A stretch of DNA of 64,000 nucleotides from a virus: positions 19,641 to 83,640 of IMG/VR virus record IMGVR_UViG_3300037486_000467. The stretch is one strand, 5' to 3'. This document shows, one piece after another, positions 1 to 9,905 of this stretch (position 1 is its first letter; each line of letters opens with the position of its first letter). A program made the position numbers and the translations under genes. A model generated the notes under the pieces. It searched no databases and had not been told where the DNA came from. It worked only from the letters and a program-made list of their open reading frames with translations.

Positions 1-199
1 TTATTTGTTAACTATTGGCGCAGATATACATCATAACGGAGAAGTTGCATTACGTAATGCAGCAGTTATGAATCATATTGACACGGTAACTCATCTAATA
101 AAAAGGGGCGCAAATGTTGATAAAGCAATAAATAACGCAATATCTGAATCTACTAAAATAATGTTAACAAAAGCAAAAAAACTATGTAGAACAAAATGA
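1..199 (+). CDS. Ankyrin-repeat protein, C-terminal fragment (begins before the window)
   Basis: GADIH..N..ALR.AA..NH...V..LIKRGANV ankyrin consensus; frame runs from the window edge. Confidence 0.75.
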   Translation, partial: YLLTIGADIHHNGEVALRNAAVMNHIDTVTHLIKRGANVDKAINNAISESTKIMLTKAKKLCRTK

Positions 200-627
200 G
201 ATTAGTTCCAGAACATATATACGAAAAGTTTAGCGAAGAGGGCGATCCTATACGCAATATGGGCATCGGGTCAAAATGGGTGCGACTTAAACCCGGAGAA
301 AATATAATAAGACCGAAAAAATTAATGTATATGAATAATGTAGTAGGTCAGAATCATGTTCGCACTGATGGATGTCAATTAGATCTTGATATAAATGATG
401 ATTTTAAATACAGAGTTAATATAGACTATCATAGTATTGTGATGATGGTTAAAAACAAAAAGAATGGAAATCTATACATAGAAGCTATACCTCTTGGTTC
501 AAAAGATCGATGTGAATCATATGTTAAAACTGGTGTAATTAAATATCATTTATGGAAAAAAGAATATGATTGGTTTTATAAAGAAGCTCCAATTTCATTT
601 TGGGAAGATTATTTTGATGTTGTATAA
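196..627 (+). CDS. Tagged variable protein (EKF-DPI-MGIG leader), putative internal head protein
   Basis: Begins MRLVPEHIYEKFSEEGDPIRNMGIG; payload unrecognised, starts with SH3/KOW-like LKPGE. Confidence 0.7.
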   Translation: MRLVPEHIYEKFSEEGDPIRNMGIGSKWVRLKPGENIIRPKKLMYMNNVVGQNHVRTDGCQLDLDINDDFKYRVNIDYHSIVMMVKNKKNGNLYIEAIPLGSKDRCESYVKTGVIKYHLWKKEYDWFYKEAPISFWEDYFDVV

Positions 628-636
628 AGAAGCGCG

Positions 637-1347
637 ATGAGATTAGTTCCAGAACATATATACGAAAAGTTTAGTGAAAATAGCGATCCTATACGCGATA
701 TGGGCATCGGAATATTTAGACAAAGAATATTTGATGATGCTAATACTGCAATTGAATTTATGTTGAATGTTCTGCCCACTATTCTTAAAACTGACGAAAT
801 ACCTGACGATATAATTGTTTCAAATGATAGAATAGATTATCCAGCTTGGAGTTTCAATGATAAATATGCTCAAACTATAGTAAAATATATTGCAAGGTAC
901 GTTAACTCTCACGCTAATAATTTAGAATTCAAAACAAAAGTAGTGTGGGAATTAGTATCAAATTTACACAAAAAGGGATATCCTGGAAACGTAAAACAGA
1001 ATGATAATATAGATGAGAAGTTTGTTGAAGATAGCGATCCTATAGTTGATATGGGAATTGGATTGTACAAAAGTAAAGTAAATTTAAATTCTGAAAAAGA
1101 ATTCTTTCAATATATCTTATGGATAATACCTAAGATACTCGAAACTGATGTTATTCCTAAAGATATCTTAAGTAAGACTAATAATGCTAGGCATAGATCA
1201 TCAATTAGTAGTGGATATTTTAATGAAATTAATCTATACTTGGAAGAGTATGTTTCATATAAAGGCATATCAATGGCGCTAACGAAATGCGAAATGTTTT
1301 GTTGGAATAGCATAGTTGGCACTTTTTTAAAAAAACAGGGATATTAA
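637..1347 (+). CDS. Tagged two-module protein with N-terminal and internal tag
   Basis: MRLVPEHIYEKFSENSDPIRDMGIG and internal IDEKFVEDSDPIVDMGIG; the two payloads resemble each other (LPTILKTDEIPDDII / IPKILETDVIPKDIL). Confidence 0.7.
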   Translation: MRLVPEHIYEKFSENSDPIRDMGIGIFRQRIFDDANTAIEFMLNVLPTILKTDEIPDDIIVSNDRIDYPAWSFNDKYAQTIVKYIARYVNSHANNLEFKTKVVWELVSNLHKKGYPGNVKQNDNIDEKFVEDSDPIVDMGIGLYKSKVNLNSEKEFFQYILWIIPKILETDVIPKDILSKTNNARHRSSISSGYFNEINLYLEEYVSYKGISMALTKCEMFCWNSIVGTFLKKQGY

Positions 1348-1920
1348 ATGAAATTAGTTAAAGAACATATAAACGAAAAGTTTAGCGAAGATAGTGATCC
1401 CATTAGTGATATGGGTATTGGTAAACTTTCTTTAAAAGAAATTAGAAAAATTCTTAGAAATGTTAAGCAAAAATTTAAAGAACTTTTGCCTACTGATCAG
1501 ATAAGAGTTGAAATGTATTCATATTTTGAAGAAGACTTAGACGTTTATGAAGTTACGTTTAAACTTAAATCTGGTTATCATCTTCAAGCAACACTTTTTG
1601 GATCGCAAAGGGGTGTTGATAAATGGCATGAAGTGAATGCTGAAAGATTAAAATCTGCGAATATTCATTCAACACTTCCCAAACGTATTGGCTGGGCGGT
1701 GTATAGATATTATTCTTCTAATAATAAAGCATACTTTGTTGAATTAGAAAACTATGATGAATTAATAAAAGATATGATTAAATGTACGTTTTCTGGAGAC
1801 TTTTTCGATGGTATGATAAATAAGGAAACTGCGTTACGAGATAGATTAGCAAAAAAATTATCTAATGTTCAAATATCTATTGATTCAACAAAAATTTTAA
1901 AACAAGTTTTTTCAGAATGA
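1348..1920 (+). CDS. Tagged variable protein
   Basis: Begins MKLVKEHINEKFSEDSDPISDMGIG. Confidence 0.7.
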   Translation: MKLVKEHINEKFSEDSDPISDMGIGKLSLKEIRKILRNVKQKFKELLPTDQIRVEMYSYFEEDLDVYEVTFKLKSGYHLQATLFGSQRGVDKWHEVNAERLKSANIHSTLPKRIGWAVYRYYSSNNKAYFVELENYDELIKDMIKCTFSGDFFDGMINKETALRDRLAKKLSNVQISIDSTKILKQVFSE

Positions 1921-2684
1921 AAAGAGTTAAAGAATATCTTGTTGAAAAGTTTACTGAAGATTCTGATCCTATTAGCGATATGGGAATTGGAATAGTATCT
2001 AAATTGAATGAAAAATTACCAGAATTAATATTAAAAGCTGACAAACAATATCTTCTTTGGTCTGTAGCAATAAGCAATAATGAAATAACTTTTCATTTTG
2101 ATCATGCAAGACTTAGTACACACAAGGAATTTAGATCTGAAAAAATACTTTTACATACTGTAAAAAAAATTATTAATGATTTACATTTAAATACAGTTTT
2201 TTCAGATATTAAATTAAGCCCTCTTAAAATACAAAATGATGCGTATGGTAATTTTTCACGCGCACCAAAAGTTATTGGAAAAATAAATAAAGAGTTTCAA
2301 AGATATTTAAAAACAGAAGAAGATATTTTTTTAAATAGAAGTGCGTTGAATGATTATATTAATGAAAAATTTATTGAGAATTCTGATCCGATACAAGATA
2401 TGGAAATAGGAAATAGAATTTCATGGGAAACTCTAAAACGTGGAGATGTAATATACAATCTTAATAGAAGTAGCACTGCAATCGTTCAAGATACTTTTAA
2501 AAAAGATGATATTTTATCAATAACATATGTACCCTTTGCGGGTGGTACTATCGAAGAACGCATAGAAATAGCAAAAAATTGGGAAAGATATATTGTTTTT
2601 ATGAATAATACAAAAGAAATGAAAATTTCGGAATGGGAAAAACAATACAAAATTCTTCAACCTTATGAATTTAAAAATAAGTAA
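1917..2684 (+). CDS. Tagged two-module protein
   Basis: MKRVKEYLVEKFTEDSDPISDMGIG and internal YINEKFIENSDPIQDMEIG. Confidence 0.7.
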   Translation: MKRVKEYLVEKFTEDSDPISDMGIGIVSKLNEKLPELILKADKQYLLWSVAISNNEITFHFDHARLSTHKEFRSEKILLHTVKKIINDLHLNTVFSDIKLSPLKIQNDAYGNFSRAPKVIGKINKEFQRYLKTEEDIFLNRSALNDYINEKFIENSDPIQDMEIGNRISWETLKRGDVIYNLNRSSTAIVQDTFKKDDILSITYVPFAGGTIEERIEIAKNWERYIVFMNNTKEMKISEWEKQYKILQPYEFKNK

Positions 2685-2688
2685 TTCA

Positions 2689-3222
2689 ATGAAAATTATT
2701 AATGAAAAATTTACAGATAATGATACTGATGCATTACAAGATATGGGCATCGGAATAACTACTATAATGACTAAATGGTTTGAAGAAGAATTAAAAATAA
2801 AACAACCAAAGCCTGATGATGCATTAGTAATTTGTGCTAGAAACGGAAAACTTGAATTTGTTCAATATTTAGTTCAACATGGAGCAAAGGTAAAAAGAAA
2901 TGATTCTGAATGTCTTCAACAAGCAGCCGCAAATAATCATATAGAAGTAGTAAAATATTTATTAAGTAAAAAATCTAAAGCAGACGGAAATGATAGTTTT
3001 GGAATGAGACAAGCCGCAAGGAATGGTAGTTATGAAATGACTAAACTTTTACTTGATGCAGGAGCAGATCCGAATGCTAAAAAAGGATTTGCGCTAAAAA
3101 TGGCAAAATTATATGGACTCAAAGAAATAGTTAAATTACTTAAACAGTATGGCGCAGTTGAAGATGTTCCGCCTATAGTAAAAGATAGTATTGCTAATGA
3201 TGTACCCAATACAGAATTTTAG
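2689..3222 (+). CDS. Tagged ankyrin-repeat protein
   Basis: Probable start ATG 2689 (MKIINEKFTDNDTDALQDMGIG); about four ankyrin repeats (ARNGKLEFVQYLVQHGA, AANNHIEVVKYLL, ARNGSYEMTKLLLDAGADPN). Confidence 0.8.
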   Translation: MKIINEKFTDNDTDALQDMGIGITTIMTKWFEEELKIKQPKPDDALVICARNGKLEFVQYLVQHGAKVKRNDSECLQQAAANNHIEVVKYLLSKKSKADGNDSFGMRQAARNGSYEMTKLLLDAGADPNAKKGFALKMAKLYGLKEIVKLLKQYGAVEDVPPIVKDSIANDVPNTEF

Positions 3223-3270
3223 TGTAAATGTTATAAAATTAATATGATGAATAAATAAAATAAAAAATAA

Positions 3271-4611
3271 ATGGCATTACATAATCGTTATAATAATGAG
3301 GATATTTTATCAAGAGCAGTTGTTGCTGGAATATTAAACATTCTAAACAACAAAATTACTTATGAACAAGTGTGGAGTAATGAACAAATAGAAACTGTAA
3401 TAATTCCTTGGTATTATAATATGTCCGGTGATGAAAGATTTATGCAAGATTTTTATACACATTATGCTGATTGTCTTCCGCCAAGACCGGCTGATGGAAA
3501 TTTTGATATGATACCAAGAGGAATCATTTCATATACAGGATCAGTTATAGATTCAGCCCGTACAACTTCTCGTTATGTTCAGGGTAATTATCTTAAGGAT
3601 GTTGGAGGGCAATTGCAAACATATCGATCTTTTCTTTATTATATTCCTTTAAATATAAATTTTGATTGTGAAATATGGTTAGATACACAAATAACTGGAT
3701 TAAAAGTTGAACAAGCAATTCGCGAATTATTTTATAAAACAGTTACTTTTTATGTTTATTATAAAGGAATGAGATTGGGGTGTACAGCAGGATTTCCTGA
3801 AGATATTGCATTAGAAAAAAATATTCAATATTCTTTTGAAACCAGCAATAGCACAGTTGTAAAAATTAAATTTTCTATACAAATTGAAGCTTATCAACCT
3901 GTGTTTGATCCTACAACAGAAGTAAACGCCAATGAATACATAAGAGCATTAGGATATAGAATTTTTAATAATAAAGAAAAAAGCGATGGCATTATTACAA
4001 TAACTTCGCCACTTGATTCATCAGAAAATTCTCCGTTAGTTGTGCCTAAAGGATATTCTTTTTTAATAGAATGGGATTATACAAAAGAAAGCGCAATAAT
4101 AAATAAAGTTGACGTTTATTGGATGTTACACGGAGAAGATATTAAACATGTCATAGAACGTTTTGTTCTCAATAATGAATATTATGTATGGAATATTCCA
4201 GAGACTTTCACTAATTTTAAACATCCTACTGTAATATGGAATGAAGTAAATGGTATTTCAATTAATAGAAAGCCTATTATTAAGATAACTCCAAATACTT
4301 CTACAAATGAAATAGATGAAAGTTCATTTATGGTAGTTGATAGTGGATATTTTTTCTCTCCGGAGCCAGACATTTCAGTAGGAGCAATACTAGAAATGAA
4401 AAATATACAAGGAAGAATAGTTTATTCTGGAGATGCATCTCTATACTTTAATTTAAAAGATAATAGAATAGATGAAGATGATCCAGTTGTATTGCCGTAT
4501 GGTCCAATTGTATTTCCGGGAGAAGTAGATTATAAAATAATAGATATACAAATTGCTAATAGTGTTAATAATGATGTATATGATGTTATCCAGAACATAA
4601 AAATTGTCTAA
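3271..4611 (+). CDS. Tail completion/sheath stabiliser (T4 gp15-like N-terminal domain) with C-terminal beta-rich extension
   Basis: IPRG, IPLNINFDCEIW and E.IRELFY pattern recalls gp15-like proteins; structural gene context. Confidence 0.5.
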   Translation: MALHNRYNNEDILSRAVVAGILNILNNKITYEQVWSNEQIETVIIPWYYNMSGDERFMQDFYTHYADCLPPRPADGNFDMIPRGIISYTGSVIDSARTTSRYVQGNYLKDVGGQLQTYRSFLYYIPLNINFDCEIWLDTQITGLKVEQAIRELFYKTVTFYVYYKGMRLGCTAGFPEDIALEKNIQYSFETSNSTVVKIKFSIQIEAYQPVFDPTTEVNANEYIRALGYRIFNNKEKSDGIITITSPLDSSENSPLVVPKGYSFLIEWDYTKESAIINKVDVYWMLHGEDIKHVIERFVLNNEYYVWNIPETFTNFKHPTVIWNEVNGISINRKPIIKITPNTSTNEIDESSFMVVDSGYFFSPEPDISVGAILEMKNIQGRIVYSGDASLYFNLKDNRIDEDDPVVLPYGPIVFPGEVDYKIIDIQIANSVNNDVYDVIQNIKIV

Positions 4612-4677
4612 AAAAAACAAAAACTAATAAATATATAAAATAAAATAAAAGTTATAAAAATTAAATAATACGTGACT

Positions 4678-6933
4678 ATGATAACCAAAATTAATCAATT
4701 AAAATCACAAACAGCAATAGTTGAAGTTAAAGCATTATGCGAGTCTACAATAAATGCTATTAGCTCTGCTATTTATAACGGCGTTTCAACTGATGCACGT
4801 TTAGAAATAGAAAGAGTTGCTCTAAGTAATCTTTTTGAAGGATTAGAAAAATATCCTGAAGATAAGATAATTAGCGAATGGTTAAGCAATCAAAAAAGGC
4901 TTTATACAGTTAAAAACTTAGGCATCAGAAAAGCTGTAAACTCTTTAATAGAAAAAGAGGCTAAGTATAATGATACACTTGCCGTTATTCTTGAAGATTT
5001 TCGCGAAAAACTAGATAATGTTCCCGAAGTTCTTTTGTATGAAGCATTTATATCGGCAATATCTAATTTTTCTCATCTTCCTGCATGCCAAACAGAATTG
5101 GGAGCAATAGGTGAAAGAGTTGACAAATATAAAAATGATGTAAACATCAGTAAGATAATTGAAACTATGAAATTGACTCGCAGTAATTATCTTATTCCGT
5201 TAATTGAAGATGTTGTTGATGGTTATCTTACTAACAAAAATGAACAAAGCAAACATATTCTTAAAGAAACTTTAGTTAAATTTAGTTATGATCCATTTAT
5301 TCGTGACATTATAAACATCGTTACATTAGATGCAACAGAACTACAATTAGAATATGCAAACGCAGAATGCGATATTGAAGATAGATTATTTTCTCCTATT
5401 ATGTATTTAGGAGAAAATGAAGTATTATTTAATGTTAGAGGAACTTATTATGTTAAAAAAGGAAATAATGTTAATAAATTAAAGAAAGATGAAGTGATTG
5501 GTCTTAATGAAGACTTTAAAAATCTATGTGATCTTCTTAATCTTCCTAGTATAGAAATTTCTAAAAAAGATATTAAAGTATTTGTAGGAGAAGATAGCGC
5601 CGTTTTAACTGATTTAGAAACAGTTGTTAATGGTAAATCTTTTAGTTCACAACAAATTAACGAAGCAACGACTGCAGCTGCTTGGGCAGGAAATGAAAGT
5701 TTCTATAAATTTATGCATGTATTAAGAGAAAATTTTAACGAAATAGCAGAATTAGATTTCGTTAAAAGAGTTTATCTAAAAGAGAATGAAAATTATGCAG
5801 CTGATGTATTTAAATTGAGAGATAATATATTCATTACAACATTTGATCCTATCAATAATAAATCTACATTTTATCGTAATATTAATCCTATACAGGCTGA
5901 AAAGATTATGATGGAACACATGAGATTTGATGTTTCAAAAACTTTTGAAGATATTCTTCCAAATAAAGAAAAGGTTTTACTTGAAATTGATGCAACTAAA
6001 AAAGAATATTCAAATTATATTGCAGAAATACAAGAAAAAATTAATACATTTAAAAATAATTATGCTGTAAATGACGTTACATCTTCTGTAATTACTGCTC
6101 TTTTAGAAGAACTAGAAGAAGTTAAAACAGATTATAAAAACTATCTTAATGAAGTTGAACAATATACTAATGTTGTTGAAAATTTACAAGTTACAGTTGG
6201 CGATACTAATACCGGAAAAACTTATACTGTAGTTGTTCCTACCGGAGCAATGGCTGCTAAAGGTGAACAAGGACAAGGAGAACCTGGAGCAGAAGGTGAT
6301 CAATTTGGAACTGAAGTAGGTATGGCAAGTATGAAATCGCCAGATGGAGCAGGCGGCGCAGATGGTGCAGCTTCAGCTGTTACATTTGATGATGATCAAT
6401 CAGAACTTATTAGTGATCAACCCTCAGATGAAAGAGATCAAGTAGATTTAGGCGCTGATGAATTAGAAGCTTACGCTGATAAAGTTGATGCTGAAGGTGA
6501 ATTAGAAAAACCAGAAGAAGCTCCAGGATCTGCTAGCATGAGTTCTCCTGAAGGCGGAGAAGGCGGTGGATTAGGTGGAGAAATGGGTGGCGGAATGAGC
6601 GGAGAAGAAAACGCTCCAGGTGATGAATTAAATTTAGGTGATACTGGAACTGAAGGAACATCAGAATTAGATATGGATAATTCTCCGGAAGGAGAAGCTG
6701 GCGAACAACCTGTAGCTGGAGAAACTCCTCCAGAAGAAACTCCAACAGAAGCTCCCGGAGAAGCTCCAGCAGAAGCTCCAGCAGAAGCTCCAGCAGAAAA
6801 ACCAGAAGAAGCAGTAGGTCCTCCACAAAAGAACTTAGAAAAAACTAATTTTGCAAAAGATAAAAATCCAAACGATTTACAAGAACCTAAGAAAACAAGA
6901 GTAGTTCTTAAAAGACCAAAAGCAAAAAAATAA
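4678..6933 (+). CDS. Large acidic protein, probable prohead core/scaffold-type protein
   Basis: Coiled-coil region followed by a long E/G/P/A-rich disordered tail with EAPA repeats; many I/L-x-E sites; start GTG 4672 or ATG 4678. Confidence 0.5.
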   Translation: MITKINQLKSQTAIVEVKALCESTINAISSAIYNGVSTDARLEIERVALSNLFEGLEKYPEDKIISEWLSNQKRLYTVKNLGIRKAVNSLIEKEAKYNDTLAVILEDFREKLDNVPEVLLYEAFISAISNFSHLPACQTELGAIGERVDKYKNDVNISKIIETMKLTRSNYLIPLIEDVVDGYLTNKNEQSKHILKETLVKFSYDPFIRDIINIVTLDATELQLEYANAECDIEDRLFSPIMYLGENEVLFNVRGTYYVKKGNNVNKLKKDEVIGLNEDFKNLCDLLNLPSIEISKKDIKVFVGEDSAVLTDLETVVNGKSFSSQQINEATTAAAWAGNESFYKFMHVLRENFNEIAELDFVKRVYLKENENYAADVFKLRDNIFITTFDPINNKSTFYRNINPIQAEKIMMEHMRFDVSKTFEDILPNKEKVLLEIDATKKEYSNYIAEIQEKINTFKNNYAVNDVTSSVITALLEELEEVKTDYKNYLNEVEQYTNVVENLQVTVGDTNTGKTYTVVVPTGAMAAKGEQGQGEPGAEGDQFGTEVGMASMKSPDGAGGADGAASAVTFDDDQSELISDQPSDERDQVDLGADELEAYADKVDAEGELEKPEEAPGSASMSSPEGGEGGGLGGEMGGGMSGEENAPGDELNLGDTGTEGTSELDMDNSPEGEAGEQPVAGETPPEETPTEAPGEAPAEAPAEAPAEKPEEAVGPPQKNLEKTNFAKDKNPNDLQEPKKTRVVLKRPKAKK

Positions 6934-6939
6934 AAATTT

Positions 6940-7578
6940 ATGGAAAACATAAACGAAAATAATATTCAAGAAGAATATAAACCTTTAAATGAAAGTGTTC
7001 AGATAGGAGACGCAGTTAAACTTGATGGGCAGAAGGGATTTGTTATTGGACAAATTGATGGAAAAGTAATTATTCAGGTTCAGGGAAATACAAGTCTTGT
7101 AACTCCTGACAAAGTTAAAGAATATGGAAAAAAACCAGATCTTCTTACTGTTCCTCATATGAAATTTGATGAAGAAACTCAAAAACTTTTATTTGAACAA
7201 TTTGTTAAGTGCGGAGTTTTTATGGGTAATGTTCCTATTAAAATGAGTGATTGTTATGTTAAATACAATCAATGGGAAAAAGCAATGCCTGATCAACAAA
7301 TAAAGGTTCTTATAGAAGGCAATACTGTATTTATGCCAAAATCACAGGTTAGAATATTTGAAGATTTAAATAATTTTGCAAATCCAGATAACTATATTCC
7401 GGGCGTTATTGTTGATGAACCAACTGAAATTGCTCTTGAAAATGTTTTAATTAACGCAATAGATTTTTCAAATGCAATTGGAGATGCAGATTCTGTTCAA
7501 ATTATTCGTAAAGCTCCAGATGGTACGCAAGAAATGCAGACAATGCCAAGAGCAGCGTTAAGAACATTATCAGTATAA
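6940..7578 (+). CDS. Hypothetical head-associated protein with SH3-like N-terminal domain
   Basis: 212-aa ORF; INE/LNE sites precede VQIGDAVKLDGQKG. Confidence 0.5.
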   Translation: MENINENNIQEEYKPLNESVQIGDAVKLDGQKGFVIGQIDGKVIIQVQGNTSLVTPDKVKEYGKKPDLLTVPHMKFDEETQKLLFEQFVKCGVFMGNVPIKMSDCYVKYNQWEKAMPDQQIKVLIEGNTVFMPKSQVRIFEDLNNFANPDNYIPGVIVDEPTEIALENVLINAIDFSNAIGDADSVQIIRKAPDGTQEMQTMPRAALRTLSV

Positions 7579-7581
7579 CAT

Positions 7582-8016
7582 ATGTCAGAGTCGCCAAAAT
7601 CAGTTAAAACGTTTTTAGAACTTTTTAAGAGTTACTGGGGCTATTTTATGACTCTATTAGCTGCTGTTACTTTTATTTGGACATTAGGCGTAAAATCAGA
7701 AAAAAAGAATATTGAAAAAGGATCTCTGCAAAAAGATGTAATCCAAATAAAGGAAACACAAAAAGTACAAGGAAAAAATATAGATTCATTATTAAATATT
7801 GTTACTGATGTAAAAGAAAGCCAAGTAGAAGTGTTAGATAATCAAAATGCTTTACGTAATTCATATGTTAAATACGTTGTTAATGATAAAAGTTTAACAA
7901 CAAAACAATTTTTAGAATATATGGAAGGATTAGAGTTTCAATTACAACCACTAAAAAGTGTAGTTGACACTACAGGTAAAAATTACAAAATATCTGTTAA
8001 AAAGAAAGATGAGTAA
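7582..8016 (+). CDS. Membrane-anchored coiled-coil protein
   Basis: One N-terminal TM helix (YWGYFMTLLAAVTFIWTLGV) followed by coiled coil. Confidence 0.55.
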   Translation: MSESPKSVKTFLELFKSYWGYFMTLLAAVTFIWTLGVKSEKKNIEKGSLQKDVIQIKETQKVQGKNIDSLLNIVTDVKESQVEVLDNQNALRNSYVKYVVNDKSLTTKQFLEYMEGLEFQLQPLKSVVDTTGKNYKISVKKKDE

Positions 8017-8162
8017 TGACAGTTAGCGAATTTGAAAAAATATTAGACAAAGATAAGCCTAAAAAGAAATGTTACAAAAAGCAATATGTTATAATGTTAT
8101 CTGCTGCAATAGTATTTTTCATCTACTTAGTTTACAATATAATTAATATAGCCGGAATTTAA
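8016..8162 (+). CDS. Small membrane protein, 48 aa (not in ORF track)
   Basis: TAATG coupling to the upstream gene; MTVSEFEKILDKDKPKKKCYKKQYVIMLSAAIVFFIYLVYNIINIAGI. Confidence 0.55.
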   Translation: MTVSEFEKILDKDKPKKKCYKKQYVIMLSAAIVFFIYLVYNIINIAGI

Positions 8163-8184
8163 AAAATAAATGTTAAAAAATATG

Positions 8185-8214
8185 AACGCGATAAAAACTT
8201 ATCGCGTTTTTTTT
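8185..8214 (+). terminator. Intrinsic terminator
   Basis: AACGCGATAA-aaac-TTATCGCGTT hairpin followed by a T-run. Confidence 0.75.
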
Positions 8215-8221
8215 CATATAA
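8194..8221 (+). promoter_or_regulatory. Putative phage sigma promoter AAAACT-N16-ATATAA
   Basis: Same bipartite motif and spacing recurs in about 10 intergenic regions. Confidence 0.6.
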
Positions 8222-8248
8222 AATAAAAATTTAATAAAATTTTAATTT

Positions 8249-8599
8249 ATGGCTACTCATCATGTAAGAAACGCTGATTTGCGAAACGAAATAATAAAAT
8301 CTAAAGAAAGCAACGAATTAACTAAAGAAGCATTAGATATGTTTATTCTAATGGCAAAGAAATTTTCTACAAAATTAAATTACATTTATCCAGAAGATCG
8401 AGAAGATTGTATTTCCTTTGCTATAATGGATTGTTTTCAATATTGGAGAGGATATGATCCAGAAAAATCTCAAAATGCTTTTGCTTATTTTACTCAAATA
8501 ATTAAAAATGGATTTGCAAAAGGCTGGCGCAAAATTTATGGTAATATGCCAAAGAGCCGAAAAATAAGTGTTTCAAATAATAAAATTTACAACATTTAA
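8249..8599 (+). CDS. gp55: Late transcription sigma factor, T4 gp55-like (short)
   Basis: HHVRNADL, REDCISFA and YDPEKSQNAFAYFTQI motifs typical of the gp55 family. Confidence 0.85.
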   Translation: MATHHVRNADLRNEIIKSKESNELTKEALDMFILMAKKFSTKLNYIYPEDREDCISFAIMDCFQYWRGYDPEKSQNAFAYFTQIIKNGFAKGWRKIYGNMPKSRKISVSNNKIYNI

Positions 8600-9187
8600 A
8601 TGCTAAACGATACTTATAAACGTTGGCACAAACCAAATAAAAATCCAGATTCTAAAATAAAACAGGGTTACTACAAAGTTCAAAATACTGATAAATATAT
8701 AGGTGATCCTAATTTAGTTATTTATAGAAGTTCCTGGGAACATGCATTTTGTCGTTGGTGCGATTTCTCTCCCTCAATAATACATTGGAGTTCTGAACCT
8801 ATAAAAATTCCCTATTATGATAGAGTATCAAAACTTGATGAATGTAAAAGATATGGACTTAATCCCAATGATCCCAAAAATTGGGTAATTAAAAATTATA
8901 ACACTGATTTCTGGGTAGAAATACAAAAGCAAGATAATACAGTAGATCGAATGTTTATCGAAATAAAGCCTTCGAATAAATTACTAAAGCCAGTTCCGCC
9001 ATCGCAAGGAGCTTCTTTAAAGGAACAAAGAAGATTTAATATAGATGCAAAAGAATATTTGATAAATGAGGCTAAATGGGCAGCAATGAATGCGTATGCT
9101 AAACAAAACAATGTAAAGTTTTATGTGTTCACAGAGAAGACATTAAGCTCACTTATAGGACGTTTTTGGGCTCCAAATAATGAATAA
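8600..9187 (+). CDS. gp4: Head completion nuclease, T4 gp4-like (TnsA-like PD-(D/E)xK)
   Basis: KYIGDP..YRSSWE, WSSEP..IPY, Y.TDF, EIKP, N.AKW.A motifs. Confidence 0.9.
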   Translation: MLNDTYKRWHKPNKNPDSKIKQGYYKVQNTDKYIGDPNLVIYRSSWEHAFCRWCDFSPSIIHWSSEPIKIPYYDRVSKLDECKRYGLNPNDPKNWVIKNYNTDFWVEIQKQDNTVDRMFIEIKPSNKLLKPVPPSQGASLKEQRRFNIDAKEYLINEAKWAAMNAYAKQNNVKFYVFTEKTLSSLIGRFWAPNNE

Positions 9188-9197
9188 TATATAATAC

Positions 9198-9905
9198 ATG
9201 GAGTCTCCTATTATCATATATAATAAATTAAAAGATATAGATAACATTAAAGATGTTGCGTACACACGCTTATTTGAAAATTATCTTGAACTTGAATTAA
9301 AGGGTCCTGATAAATTAATAGAGATTGATTCAACAGATCAAGAATCTGTCTTAAATAAGCTTAAAAGAGGGCGTCCAGTTCATGGAATGTTATATACATT
9401 TATTCATTTAAATGATACAAATTTATTAGAATTACAAAATTACAAAACAGGAAAAAATGTTGAATTTCATGATTTTACTCCTATAGTTTTTTGCATGTCT
9501 TATAATAATGATAAACATTTATTGAAGGGCCTGAATCTTATCATGTTACCACATAAAGAGCGAGTAAAGTTTTTTCAAGCATATTGGGAAATGTACAGAA
9601 AATTTCTGAATAGAGTTGAAGAATTAACTGAATATAATAAATCTGCGATTAATATAGAATATCAAATTGCAGCATTATCAGGAAAGAACTCTGAAATAAT
9701 AAAGATGTTTAATAACAAACAGAAGGCTATGTTTAATTTTGCTTATAGATCTTATGAAATGAAAAATCTTCGTAAATTTAGAATGCTTGAGTATGAAGAA
9801 TGGCAATATGTTCCATTCTTTGATGCGCAAACTTCTTTTAAGAAGATTAATTTAGTTAATATGTATCAAACATATTATGAAAATAGAAATAGTTATTTAA
9901 AATAG
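9198..9905 (+). CDS. gp2: DNA end protector, T4 gp2-like
   Basis: GMLYTF, D.TPIVF, GLNL..LP..R and AYRSY motifs; adjacent to gp4-like gene. Confidence 0.7.
   Translation: MESPIIIYNKLKDIDNIKDVAYTRLFENYLELELKGPDKLIEIDSTDQESVLNKLKRGRPVHGMLYTFIHLNDTNLLELQNYKTGKNVEFHDFTPIVFCMSYNNDKHLLKGLNLIMLPHKERVKFFQAYWEMYRKFLNRVEELTEYNKSAINIEYQIAALSGKNSEIIKMFNNKQKAMFNFAYRSYEMKNLRKFRMLEYEEWQYVPFFDAQTSFKKINLVNMYQTYYENRNSYLK

Noticed and set aside
196-3222. Tag repeats as a CRISPR array, integron attC sites or DGR repeats
   Set aside because: The repeats are in-frame coding and conserved mainly at protein level, separated by hundreds of coding bases. No cas, integrase or reverse transcriptase gene and no adenine-specific variation is seen.
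6471-6950. Antisense S/P-rich ORFs opposite acidic low-complexity tails (also 12303-12551 and 15359-15712)
   Set aside because: Shadows of E/G/A-rich coding sequence on the plus strand.
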